Source: the human T2T-CHM13v2.0 reference genome, Homo sapiens. Taken from it: a stretch of 64,000 nt of DNA. Positions 1-13,905 of this stretch are shown here, piece by piece. The stretch lies in NCBI RefSeq assembly GCF_009914755.1, contig NC_060926.1, one strand, 5' to 3'. The notes beneath the pieces were generated by a model. It worked only from the letters and a program-made list of their open reading frames with translations, had not been told where the DNA came from and ran no database searches. Numbering within the stretch: position 1 is the first letter of the stretch; the number at the start of each line of letters is the position of its first letter. The position numbers were made by a program, and so were the translations under genes.

Positions 1-115
1 CAAAGGCAACATTATCTGCTCTCACTTCTATTTAACCTTGTATAGAAGGTTTCAGCCAGTGAAATCAGGCACAAAAGAAATAAAAAGCATTAGAAAGGTT
101 AGAAAGGAAGAGGCA

Positions 116-403
116 GCTGGGCGCGGTGGCTCACGCCTGTAATCCCAGCACTTTGGGAGGCCGAGGCAGGCGGATCGCCTGAGGTCAGGAGTTTGAGACC
201 AGCCTGGCCAACATGGTGAAACCCCATCTCTACTAAAAACACAAAAATTAGCCGGGCGTGGTGGCAGATGCCTGCAATCCCAGGTACTCGGGAGGCTGAG
301 GCAGGAGAATCACCTGAACCCGCAAGGCCGCGGTTGCAGTGAACCGAGATCGCGCCATTTGCACTCCAGCCTGGGGGAGAAGAGCAAGACTTTGTCTCAA
401 AAA
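116..403 (+). mobile_element. Alu (S)
   Basis: Full dimeric Alu; TSD aaaggaaga. Confidence 0.95.
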
Positions 404-1092
404 ACAAAGGAAGACATAACATAATCCTACATATACAAATTCCTAAGGAATACATGCACACACAAAATAAAACCTACTAGAGCTAATAAATGAATTCGAA
501 GTCTTGGGAAACAAGATCAATAACAGAAATAAATTCTATTTCTACATACTACCAATGAACAACTAAAAATAAAGTTTAAATTACAATTCCATTCAATAGC
601 ATCAAACAGAATATGTACGAATAAATTAACAAAAAAGTGTACACTGTACACTTGTACAGTGAAAATTACAAAACTGAGAGAAACTGAAGATCTAAATAAA
701 TGGAGAGACATTCCATGCTCACAGATCAGAATTCTATGTGCAATTTTCCACAGATGCAATGCAATCCCTATCAAAATCTCAGCATGGGTTTTTTGCAGAA
801 TGTACAAGCTGATCTTAAAACTTATATGGAAAAGCAAAAGATCCAGAGTAGCCAAAACAATCTTTGAAAAGTAGAACAAAGCTAGACAGCTTACGCTTCC
901 TTATTTCAAAACTTAGAACAAAGCTATAGTAATCAAGACACTGTGATAGTGTATAAGGACACACATATAGAGGTCAATGGAACACAACTAAGTACAGAAA
1001 TAAATCCATACATTTATAGTCAGCTGATTTTTGACAAAGGCATGAAGGCAAGTCAGGGGGAAGGGGCAGTCTTTTTTTAAAATGGTGCTGGT

Positions 1093-1408
<316 letters not shown>

Positions 1409-2244
1409 CTACATGTAAAAAAAAGTTTTGCCCTTAACTCACACAATTCCTAAAAATTAACTCAAAATGAATCATAGACATAAACACAAGAGCTAAAACT
1501 AGAAAATTTTTGGAAGAAAACATAAGAGCACATCTTGTGACTTTGTGTTAGGCAATAAATTCTTAGATACAACACGGAAAGCATGATCCATAGAAGAGAA
1601 AACTGATAAACTGTACGACATCAAAATGAAAACTTTGATGCTTCAAAAGATACCATTAATAAAATAAGACAAGCCACAGATTGGGATATTTGCAAATCAT
1701 GTATCTAATAAAGGATCTGTATCCAACATACGTAAAGAACTCCTAAAACTCAATAAGAAAACAATCTAATTTTAAAATGGGCAGAGATCTAAACTGACTA
1801 ATGGCCAATAAGCACATGAAAAGATGTTCATAGTCATTTGAGAAATGAAAATTACAACTACAGTGAGATACAGCATCACTCCTACTGGAAAAGCTATAAT
1901 CAAAATGACTGACAGTAACAAGTGTTGCTACGGTAATTAAGATAGTATATACTGGAGAAAAAGACAAATGGAGAAGAACTGACATCCCAGAAACAGACCT
2001 TCAGATCTTCACTTGATGGAAACTTGACATATACCAAAAGGGGTATTACAGGTTAGTGGGGGAAAGAGCAGTCTTTTTAATTAAATAATGCTTGGGAGAT
2101 TGGTTATCCATGTGGGAAAAAGGGAACAACAACAACAAAAATAAGAATGATATGAGGCCTCTATCTGATACCATTTTAAAAAAGTCTATTAGTATTATTT
2201 TTTCTTTTCTCCCTAGAGTTACAGTTATACTCTTTTTTCATTCA

Positions 2245-2600
2245 TTCTAGCAGTTCCTCCCACATGTAAAGTACAAAAGGTGGAGTACAGTTTCCTTCTC
2301 CTTGACTTTGGGCTTGGCCATATGACTTACTTTAGCCAATGGGTTATAAGTAAATGTGCTGTAAACAGGGCTTTGCCCTCTTGAGTTTCTGCCAACACCA
2401 TGAGAAGAACATGCCCTAGCTAGCCCACTGGTCCCAGGAGAGTTAGATAAGTATGGGCAGAACTGACCCAGCAGATCTGCCATATGAAACAGTGCCAACC
2501 CAACCAAGGCCAGATGAGATCAGCCAACTCCCAGCCAATCTATATATGCATAAAAAATAAGCACTTTGTGTTATTCACTACTGAGAACCTTGTAGTTGTT
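2245..2600 (+). mobile_element. Old MLT1 (MaLR) LTR
   Basis: ttgactttgggcttggccatatgacttactttagccaatgg signature. Confidence 0.65.
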
Positions 2601-3789
2601 TTTGCTAAGCACCATTACTGTACCAACTGTTAATACAATTCCCAATGGATTAAAATATAAACGTATACAGCAAAGCTCCAAAACTTAAAAAAAAAGTTAA
2701 ATTACTTTACAGCCTCATGACAGGGAATAATTTCTTAAATGAGACACAAAACACAAAAGTAGGCATAAACAAAAAGATTCCCAAAATAAGTAATTCTACT
2801 CACTGAGATGCCGCAAAAAAAAAAAACAAAAAACGAAAAGACCGTCCACAAAATGGGAGAAGGCCTGCCACACATACCTCACAAAGAATTATATAAGGAA
2901 TATATAGAAATCAATGTATAAAGGACAATCAGACCAATAAAAACATGGGCAAAGACATTAACAGGCATTTCACCAAAGATGAAACTCAAAAACCAGTAAG
3001 CATAAGAAAAGATGCTGCACTTCATGCAAATTAAGTTACGAGATTCTATTTTTACATCCACTAAATTGGTTGAAATTAAAGTATTGACAATATAAAGTAC
3101 TGGCAAGTGTAGAATGACAGTTCTTCTACACAGTTTGTAGGAGTATAAACTGGTATAACTACTTGAGAAAAAAACTGATATTATATTAAATTTTATGATG
3201 ATATGATTCTACTCCTTGGCACATACTGTGGATAACTTGTGCACATTCATGCCAAGAAGTATGTATATGGATATTTACAAGAGTTAGTATTTTTAAAAAT
3301 TGAAAATAACCTAAATATTCATTAATAGTAGAATGACCAAATAACTAATATAAACATAAAGTGAAATGTTATATAGGAGTAAAAATGAATGACAGCTGCA
3401 TGCATCTACACGAATGAATAATGTTGGGTGAAAATAGCCACGTCATCAATTAATACAGAGAGTATGATACAGTCTGATAAAATCCAAACATAAGCAAAAC
3501 TAAATATATTGTTTTGTGAATTATACGTATTTGGTAAATCTACAAAGAAACACAAGAGGAGAATAAAAATATACCTGATAGACAAGCCCACACAAGGAAG
3601 CAGGCTGATGTAGATCCATATAGGTATGTAAATATATCAAATATTTTATAATTCTTTTTTAGTGGCGGAGGAAGAAGAAAAATACTTCTATTTGAGAACC
3701 CTATTGAGGTTGCATGCCAACTTCTGGAGATGTTCAGACAAGAAAAAAAGAAATGTGGTAAATTCTAATTTTACCTTTTTATGTCTATT

Positions 3790-3822
3790 TTATTTACATG
3801 ACTTCTTTTCAGTATCCAAAAC
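3790..3822 (-). CDS. ZC3H8: ZC3H8 exon 8 coding part (VLDTEKKSCK*); exon continues to a donor at 3775
   Basis: tattag| acceptor, TAA at 3792-3790, AAG|gtaaaa donor 15 nt after the stop; CDS total 876 nt = 291 aa. Confidence 0.93.
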   Translation of the reverse strand, partial: VLDTEKKSCK

Positions 3823-4709
3823 CTAATATAAAAAAAAAATCACATAATCATTTTTATGCATTCATGTGTAATTCAGGTATACTGTCATATTCATAACTTT
3901 CAAATGATTCCAATCAAATTCATCCTAATAATCATCTAATATTATTTACTACTACTACAGGAACTGAAAAACTTATTTCATATATATCACTTTTCCATAT
4001 CTATTTCACACAAATAAACAACTAAATATTTGGTACAACTTCTAATTCCACATTAACCATTCATATTTTACAACCTAAAAATATCTATAAACAAGCACCT
4101 TTGACTTTGTAATATTTACATATGCTCAAGGGAACATTTTGCCAGAAGATCGTATGGTTGGCTTCAAAAGAATCTTTTAAATTTTCATGTATACTTAGAT
4201 TAAATTTTTAAGAGACTAGCTCCAACTAACATGAGAAATGAAAGAATACAAATGACTGTAACTTTTCAATAACCTTTTCTCACAGACTGAAAGAATATCT
4301 GAAGAAAACATTTTGAAATTACTACTTAACTATTATTTGATGTAATTCTAAAATGTTTATAAACCCGTAACTTGTAACTTTCCTTCCAAGAATCTTTATA
4401 ACAGGAGTACTATTTTTCTTATTTGATTTGCTTTGTTTAGCTTAGCTTAGCTATTAAAATGGCTAATTATACTGAAGATTTTACATCTTTCCAACTTAAA
4501 TCAGCAATGAATATACATCTTCCTTTCAGCTACAAGGAAACATATACAAATGAAAAATATTTAAACTGAATTCTTAAGTTATTAGTCCTAATATATCCCA
4601 TATGCTAACCTAAGAGGCACTCTCCTTAATTATCTTCAAATTCTCATCCTTAGTTCAAACATATTCCTTAAAAAAGAAAAAACAAAAGATTATTAAAAAT
4701 TATACTTAC

Positions 4710-4819
4710 TTTAGCCAACAATTCTTGTGTTTCAGGAGTCAGTGGAGCATGAGAAAACTTGCAGTATTCTCCCTGATAACATTTTGTTCCTGTATGGTAA
4801 AACTTACAAGGATATTCAT
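4710..4819 (-). CDS. ZC3H8: ZC3H8 exon 7 ([37 protein letters not shown]), 110 nt, CCCH finger 3
   Basis: U12 acceptor ttAC|, donor AAA|gtaagt; in frame with exon 6 only when the AT-AC boundaries are used. Confidence 0.95.
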
Positions 4820-6132
4820 GTAACCCAAGTGTTAAGGAAGAGAACAATTTTAATCCAATTGAAATAATGTTATTAACTTAATGACTTTATTTTTCCTAAA
4901 TAAAGACCTCTGTGGCCGGGCGAGGTGGCTCATGCCTGTAGGAGGCGGAGGTGGGCAGATCACTTGAGGCCAGGAGTTCAAGACCAACCTAGCCAACATG
5001 GCGAAACCTCGCCTTTACTAAAAATCCAAAAAAATTAGCTGGGCATGGTGGCGCAGGCATGCCTGTAATCCCAGCTACTCAGGAGGCTGAGGCACCAAAA
5101 TCATTTGAACCTGGGAGGCGGAGGTTGCAGCGAACCAAGATTGTCCACTGCACTCCAGCCTGGGCAACAGAGCAAGATAATGTCTCAAAAAAAAAAAAAA
5201 AAAAAAAGACCTTTCCTACTAGCAGAAACTGGATTTCTCTATTTAAAGTATGAGATAATAAACTAACTGGAATACATTTAAAAATCTAATTTTAGAAGGA
5301 CTACATACGTAAATCAAGTTTCTTGGCTATGACAGGACATTTTTTTCCTTCATATCCATTCTTATAATAGAGTACAGGCATGTTTCATATATGAAAGGGG
5401 TATATATTTTAAATACCTTGATAAATGTGATCATTTTTAAAGCATTCCTTTGGGGGTGGAGGAATCAAAGTCAACAACGACATATCTTACAAATCTGGAT
5501 CCTTTGTACATTAGACTTGTTTACAACAGAATAAATTTATATAACTTCAATATTTTCTAGGAAAACAATCCTCAAATTACAATTTGATACTCCTTATATT
5601 GAATGCCTGAAGAAAAAAATTTTTTTGTGATGACTAAAGGTGCTATTAACCTAAAATGTTTATGTTCCATGTTTTTACAACTTGTCTGTGCCATTTGCAC
5701 TGAAGAGCTAAGGCTATTCTGCAAATTAAGGGATGATTAATTTCTACACAGTACAGAATACACAGAAAACAGGTACTCCCAAATTATGTAATCCTTGCCT
5801 TTTTATGAAGTAGCTTATTTGAATATAGATTCAATTAATCAGTGTCACAGTAGAAATTGTGATAAGTCTTTCTGGGATTTGAAGAGGTCTCATGGACCCT
5901 CTATACCACCCAGGTTGAGCAGAAAGAATCATCATTTGAGAGATTTTCTAAAGAATCCCTCTTTTCTTGCTTATGAAAAAATCCACGTACAATTTAATCA
6001 CTTTGATACTAAGTTGGGCTTGGATAATATCATTTTGGTATACCTAAAACACTGGTTTCATTAAAAATTTTGCACATTTAAAATGTTCATGTAAATATTT
6101 ATAAAGTCACCATATCTTGTGATAAAGGATAT
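4820..6132 (-). other. ZC3H8: U12-type (minor spliceosome) AT-AC intron, ZC3H8 intron 6
   Basis: 5'ss ATATCCTTT (6132-6124), branch site TTCCTTAAC (4839-4831), terminal AC (4821-4820), no polypyrimidine tract after the branch. Confidence 0.96.
4914..5207 (+). mobile_element. Alu inside the U12 intron
   Basis: Alu with poly(A); TSD aaagacct. Confidence 0.95.
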
Positions 6133-6244
6133 TATGCAAATACAGACAGTTTTCACCTCTGGTACAATATCCTTGTACATAAAACTTACACATTTCCTTT
6201 TTCTTTTCTATCTCTGCATCATGATCAAATTTACACTGGTCTCC
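6133..6244 (-). CDS. ZC3H8: ZC3H8 exon 6 ([37 protein letters not shown]), 112 nt, CCCH fingers 1-2
   Basis: cctag| acceptor; ends at U12 donor |ATATCCTTT; C-x7-C-x5-C-x3-H spacing. Confidence 0.95.
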
Positions 6245-6473
6245 CTAGGCCAAAAGAAGGAGCAAGGAAAAGCCATTATTTCTCATAGTCAAGTCATTAT
6301 GATTTAATTCCTACTAAACTTTAAATAAGCAAATGATTCCAGAAAGAACCAAAGTCTTAGAGGTAGCACATTCTAACTGTTAATAAATTATAACCACATC
6401 ACATATATCTGCTTAAAATCTTCTTAAGTCCCAAACATTTTTAAACATAAAGCATTTTTTAAAATTATCAGTC

Positions 6474-6872
<399 letters not shown>

Positions 6873-6992
6873 CTAACTGATTTTTTTCCAGAATGAAACA
6901 GCTTTAAAAACCTAAAGGTATGAATTAAAAGAGTATCAAACAGAAAGAGCAGTTTTACATTTTAGTAGATTTTTGCTTACACATTTTTATAC

Positions 6993-7109
6993 CTTAATAC
7001 ATTTCCTTTCAAGAAAATATTTACAAATTTGTTTTCCCTTGCGTTCCACTGTATGTTGGTTGATGAATGCCTGACTCAAATGCTGCTGCTTCTCTTTAGG
7101 TTTACCATC
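6993..7109 (-). CDS. ZC3H8: ZC3H8 exon 5 ([10 protein letters not shown]...[12 protein letters not shown]), 117 nt, start of CCCH finger 1
   Basis: tttaaag| acceptor, AAG|gtataa donor; overlaps ORF 6987..7178. Confidence 0.95.
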
Positions 7110-7391
7110 CTTTAAAAACAAAAACAAAAAAACTAAATGTAAGAAACAGAAAATTAAATATTTTATTCTGTTGCACAAAATTATTTAAACCAACTTCAGA
7201 GCCTTAAAGGTGACTCTTCTAAATTGGCCTTCATATGTAAAATTTGGATTTCTGTACACCAGGTTAAAAATGAATGTTTTGTCAGTTTCAACAGCATTCC
7301 ATCATTGAATATTAATGTTTGTATTGATTTGAATATTTTATGATACATTGCCTTTATTTTGTAAAAATGAATGAAAAAAATTTTTTAAATG

Positions 7392-7731
<340 letters not shown>

Positions 7732-8839
7732 CTAAGAACGAAGATCTTTAGAGTGGTAGAGACAAAGTTGGAAATCAGAGTGAACCAAAAGCAGTGGAAT
7801 CTATAGTTTCAATGAGATGCTCACTGGGTGTGAGTTGAGCACACTTATCAGCTCAAATTAACACACGCAACTAGAAATACACCGTCAAAGATGGTGATAA
7901 AGGTATAAAAGGAGATTTTTACATTAAAAAAAGGAAGAAAATCTTATAATACATTTAAGCTCTTCAGAAACATAAGGTACTTTTTACATGTTAACTTATG
8001 CTACAGATTACAGCTTCTGTATACCAAATTTTTGCATACAGTTTTAGGAATACAGTATGTACAAACAAGGGAGCTGACTGTACAGTCATTTATAATAATG
8101 TCAAATTTCCACTTAGCACCATCAAATTTATGTCTTATAAATATCTGCCAGTTTAAATCTTGTTTTATTTGGTAACATTATTAAATTCTATATATATGTT
8201 TAGAATTTGTTCCTTGTGTAGAAGGGCTGTCAGCTTTGGCTGAATAATCATTTGAGCCATGTAAATCAAATCAAAGAGAATATTGACAGGGGGTTGAGAA
8301 ACAAAATCCTAGTCCTGGCTTGGCCCTGTGTGACTATGGGTAATTACCTGAACCACAGGGCTTCAGATTCCTCATTCATAAAATATGGAGGCAGGGGACA
8401 GACTGTATATAAATGTTTTTCAATCTAGAATATTTGGCATTTCTAATATTTTACCACCCCTTACCCTTGTCCCATATGACCAAGCCTAATAAAAAAAGTT
8501 GCCATCCAGTTAAAAGCCCTCAGAAAAGTGGAATCCAGAAGAGGTACTTATTATTCTACCCTGCTTACATCTACAGACCAAGGAAAGGGAACTTCTAAAA
8601 ACCAAAATCAAAATACAGGAAGGTGGGGAGTGGGGAGATTCAGTAAGGCCAATGCTCAGAAATATTGATTTTTAATTTCCAGAGGGAGCCAGGATGAGGG
8701 ACTTTAGTAGTAAAAAATTTGTAAGACTCAGTGGCCTTTGAAATGCCTCATGACTATTTGATCTTCTCTGGGCTTCCCATTTTTCCCGAGTCATTGATAG
8801 TATAACACTAAAAAAAAAAAAAAAAAAAAATCAAGGAGT

Positions 8840-9134
8840 GACCAGGCACAGTGGCTCATGCCTGTAATCCCAGCACTTAGGGAGGTGGTGGGTGGTGGGA
8901 GCCGAGGCAGGTGGATCACCTGAGGTCAGGAGTTCAAGACCATCCTGGCCAACATGGCGAAACCCTGTCTCTACTAAAAATACAAAAATTAGCCGGGCAT
9001 GGTGGCGGGCGCCTGTAGTCCCAGCTACTCAGGAGGCTGAGGCAGAAGAATCACTTGAACCCGAGAGGCGGAGCTTGCAGTGAGCCGAGATCGCACCAGC
9101 CTGGGTTACAAGGCGAGACTCTGTCTCAAAAAAA
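8840..9134 (+). mobile_element. Alu (S)
   Basis: Dimeric Alu; TSD aaaaatcaaggag. Confidence 0.95.
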
Positions 9135-9435
9135 TATATGTATAACAATAATAAAAAAAATCAAGGAGCTTGTGTGCATATATTCAGGAACAACAGTGAG
9201 AACGCTAAGGCTTAAAAGTGGTGCTGGCAGCTAATCAGTGAGAAAAAGAAAGCTGCAATAAGAAGGAAGAACACAGAGAACCCAGTGACAGTAAAAGGAC
9301 ATCTTCATCCGAAAACCGATTCTGTGGGATGCTTCCACCTCTCCATATCACATAGCACTTCTTGTCACTGAAGTATAAGATCAAGTCCAAAAGCATGCAG
9401 GGGTCAGGTATTCCTAGAAGCATATATTCCAATAC

Positions 9436-9569
9436 CTCTTCCTGTGAGCCGCTGTTCCTCAGCAAAGCATTTGATCCTTTGTTTCCAGGGCCAGGCCATT
9501 TTCGCTTCATTTTCTTCTGTTTGCCATTCTTGTGACCAGCTTTAAGATTTTTATTTTTTTGTTTAGCAG
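9436..9569 (-). CDS. ZC3H8: ZC3H8 exon 4 ([10 protein letters not shown]...NSGSQEE), 134 nt, basic NLS-like stretch
   Basis: ttttag| acceptor, GAG|gtatt donor; overlaps ORF 9235..9579. Confidence 0.95.
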
Positions 9570-9638
9570 CTAAAAACAAAAAATTAATTTAAAAAATGAC
9601 ATAAAGTTACAATAGCAGTTTACTTTTAAGAAGTACGG

Positions 9639-9942
9639 GGCCAGGTGCAGTGGCTCATGTCTGTAATCCCAGCTCTTTGGGAGGCTGAGGCAGGAGGACT
9701 GCTCAAAGCTAGGAGTTCAAGGCCAGCCTAAGTGTTCAAGGCCAGCCTAGGCAGCCTAGAGATCTTGTCTCTACAAAAACATAGCTGGGTGTGGTGGTGC
9801 ACGCCTGTAGTCCAGCTACTCTGGGACTATAGGCTAAGGCAGGAGGATTGCTTGAGCCAAGGTGTTCAAGGTTACAGTGAGCTATGACTGCACTGCTGCA
9901 CTCCAGCCTGGGCAACAGAGTGAGAACCTGTCGCAAAACAAA
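9639..9942 (+). mobile_element. Alu (J)
   Basis: AluJ-like with a small internal duplication. Confidence 0.92.
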
Positions 9943-10416
9943 TGGAAAAAAGAAGTATGATTTACAATAATTGAGGAAAGTTCTCTAAGGCTCAATAAGT
10001 GAAAACTGGCATGATAGTGATCAGTTTTCCTAGAAGCTCTGGGACTAAGGGACCAAAAAGAGAATTATGATAATACATCCTGGATTCCCCATTCATTGTT
10101 TTTAAAAATATATAAGGTATTGTCAAGAAAAAAGCAAGATAATAAAATCAGTCTTATAAGTTCTAAGGCAGATCCTTTTGAAGTGTTCAGAGTATGATGG
10201 ATCTAATTAGGAACTGCAACAGTAAAACTTTAAGTGTTTACAATGACCTCATAAATTACTGTCAGATTTTTCACTGAAAACATTTTAAATAGATCAAGTT
10301 TTTATTTATTTATCTATCCGTGCACGCATTTATCCATCTATCCTGCAATGGCATAATCATAGTCTACTGGAGCCTCGAACTCCTGGGCTCAAGCAATACA
10401 GATCCATTTTAAGTAA

Positions 10417-10782
<366 letters not shown>

Positions 10783-11187
10783 TAAATCTCATTTTAGTAA
10801 TCTAGAAGAATATATTTCTGAGTTACAGTCTGACATACAACCATTCCAGTCAATCCTCTTTAAATGACAGCAATACAAGCAGGCATATCCTATCCTTCAC
10901 ACATGCAGAGGCCAGGGCTTTAGCATTCTCCCTTTAGAAATAGTCAGGGCCTTTGATAACCCACCTCCATCCTCCAGCTCCCTCTACAAACTAAGCATTT
11001 AATGCACCAAGTGGCCAGGTCTCAGATGGGGTCTCTGGCCATGCAAGCTCATGTCTGGTATAAATATTCATGAAAACCATAGTCTTATCATAAGATAAAG
11101 TGCAAAGAAAAATCCTCTGTCCGTATATGGACAACTGTGACTGCTTCTCTAGATAAACTTTAAATGATAAAATAGTTTGACTCTTAC

Positions 11188-11401
11188 CCTGTGGGGTATC
11201 TTTTACTCCTTCTTTCTTTGTAGATTCTTCAGGTTGAGCAGCATTTGCCATTTCTCTGGCTTGTATGTACTGTTGAAGCTCTTTGGCAAAATTATCTTCT
11301 GATTCCTGACTGCAGATATCATTATCACTATATACATCATAGTCCTTACTTCTTGATTTTCTATGCAGCGAACTTTTTGGTGATATTGCAGAGTGTCTAA
11401 A
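11188..11401 (-). CDS. ZC3H8: ZC3H8 exon 3 (FRHSAISPK...[21 protein letters not shown]), 214 nt
   Basis: tttacttag| acceptor, G|gtaag donor; overlaps ORF 10991..11251. Confidence 0.95.
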
Positions 11402-12430
11402 CTAAGTAAAAATTAAAACTTCAATTTTAAAAACCTAGCATGATTCAAAACAATCTGGCTATACAGAAGAAACAAGATTGGCTATAAACTGGTCATTGTT
11501 GAAGGTGGGTAATAGGTACATGGGATTCATATACTATTCTCTCCACTCATATATTTGAAAATTTCCAGAATTAAAAAAAAGAAAAAATTTCCAGAATTAA
11601 AAACAAACTAACAAACCACTATGACATATCTATCCTTAAAGATGATTTGAGGGAAAATTCTAAATTTGTACATTGTGTGCCTTTGACTGAATTAAAAGTC
11701 TAAACCCCTAAATCTTAATTATTTGATATGAGAGGATTACAGTATTACAGTTCACACATTACATTTCTGCCTTTGCATTGACAGTACTTTTAAATGTCTT
11801 CAATAATTTATCATTTTGTAAAACACCCCAAGTAAACTGTAATGGTCCATATGAAAACCCACTTACACTTAAGATACATCTAAGCTACCAAAGTCTAGTC
11901 TTTCTCCTATAACTCACAGAAGTGGTAGCAGCAATGATGACAAGGAATAAAGAACTACCCTATTCTCTGTAATCAAGTTAACTTTACTTGCAGAAAGAGT
12001 TTCCTAACTCTGTTGTTGCACGTGCCCAAGGCAAGGGTGAAGAACCCAGGCATGGGAGCTAATCCTAGAGGAGCCCAGGCTGATGACAGCAATGACTTAA
12101 AGCAATTTCTGCATAAAAATTTTCAGGTATTGGTTACATGTGTTTCTACACTTGGTGACACAGGTATATTAAACTGTATCATTATAATTAGTATGTATGA
12201 CACATTTTAATCAGAAAGTTTATTTTTAAAAAATGACCAAGTATCAAAGGGCTCCTATTCTGATGTCACGAAGAAATGGCATGCCTATCATTACAGTGGA
12301 TAATGATTTTGTTTCAAAGCATACTTTGGGGCCTGGTCTCTTATTTGCTTTCACATGATAACTAAGAAGCAAACTCAAAACAAACAGACAAAAAACAAAA
12401 CAGAAGAATCGCTATTATAAAATATATTAG

Positions 12431-12776
<346 letters not shown>

Positions 12777-13049
12777 TAACTTCAAAGTTAGGAGTTGTTC
12801 CACCAGAGGATTGATTATAAGCCTAGAAAATGAACTTGCTCCCTGCTTAAAGAATCCAAACAAGCTGAGGAAGTTTCTTGATCTGACAATGGCCTCAATT
12901 ATACCTTATCTTCCCTACACCAGACAAGACTATCAACCAATTATCTTCAGGCCACCAAACTTCTTGTCTCTAGGTCTTCAAGAAAGAGTGCCTTTTCCCC
13001 ATTAACACCATAGAATAAACTTGTAAATGTAACTTCTGGACTGATAGAT

Positions 13050-13223
13050 CAGGGGTTGGCAAATTTTCAGCTTCACCACCTGTTTCTGTAAATACAGTTT
13101 TACTGTAACACCAATTACATCCATTCATTTACATATTGTCTTAGTTGTGACAGAGACAACATGGCCTACAAAGGTGAAAAGATTCACTAACTGATCCTTT
13201 ATGAAAAGGTTGGCCGACTCCTG
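13050..13223 (+). mobile_element. MER58A hAT MITE
   Basis: TIRs caggggttggcaaa / ttggccgactcctg; perfect 8-bp TSD TGATAGAT at 13042-13049 and 13224-13231. Confidence 0.88.
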
Positions 13224-13823
13224 TGATAGATTATGTTTACCTTGGTTTTGGCCTTTAATTTTATTTAGTAGGCATGGGGGAACCAAAAAGATTATTCAGT
13301 ATGCAGCAGCTCCTATGAAGTTTAGCTTAATCAAATACATAGAGGTGAGATTTTCTTCAGTGCATCTGAATCAAAATATTAAAATGATCCAAATGAGTGA
13401 TTAAGTTCCCTCTGTCTGCACAAAACACATAGGCCTACAGTATTGAAGCAGACTCCTTTTACGACAAGTAATAATACGTTGGACTTACATTAAATGAAGA
13501 CATGAAACAATCTGGCAACATTAATAAAGCCAGGACAATCATCAATTTTGCTGTTTTATTATACAGTAGGGATAAATATTACTAATGATTCTTTTCAGAG
13601 GGCATTGAAATATATAAAATACAAATAATTGAATACTTTTCTTCACTTAGCTAGCTATAAACTCATTGCTTCAGTTTGTTGTTTTTTGTATAATTTAAAA
13701 AGCATACGAACATGATTACATCCCCTTTCTCCTTTTGTAAGAGTCTAAATAACTTTTTTTATTCAAGATGGTTTACTGAACTAGTATGGCCTCCAGAAAC
13801 CTCCAAAATTAAAGTACAGGTAA

Positions 13824-13825
<2 letters not shown>

Positions 13826-13862
<37 letters not shown>

Positions 13863-13905
13863 TGTGTATGTGTGTTGTGTTTTGTGTGTGTGTGTGTGTG
13901 TGTGT
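13826..13905. repeat. Compound (TG)n microsatellite
   Basis: Two TG runs separated by an imperfect spacer. Confidence 0.95.

Noticed and set aside
5300-5610. Possible U2-type cryptic exon inside the U12 intron (acceptor near 5607; donors near 5492, 5416 or 5308)
   Set aside because: Several mediocre alternative sites in AT-rich DNA; no single exon can be supported, and it would need mixed U12/U2 junctions.
11557-11605. Short duplications (aaaatttccagaattaaaaa x2; similar ones near 9715 and 52736)
   Set aside because: Ordinary slippage duplications in A/T-rich or repeat DNA.
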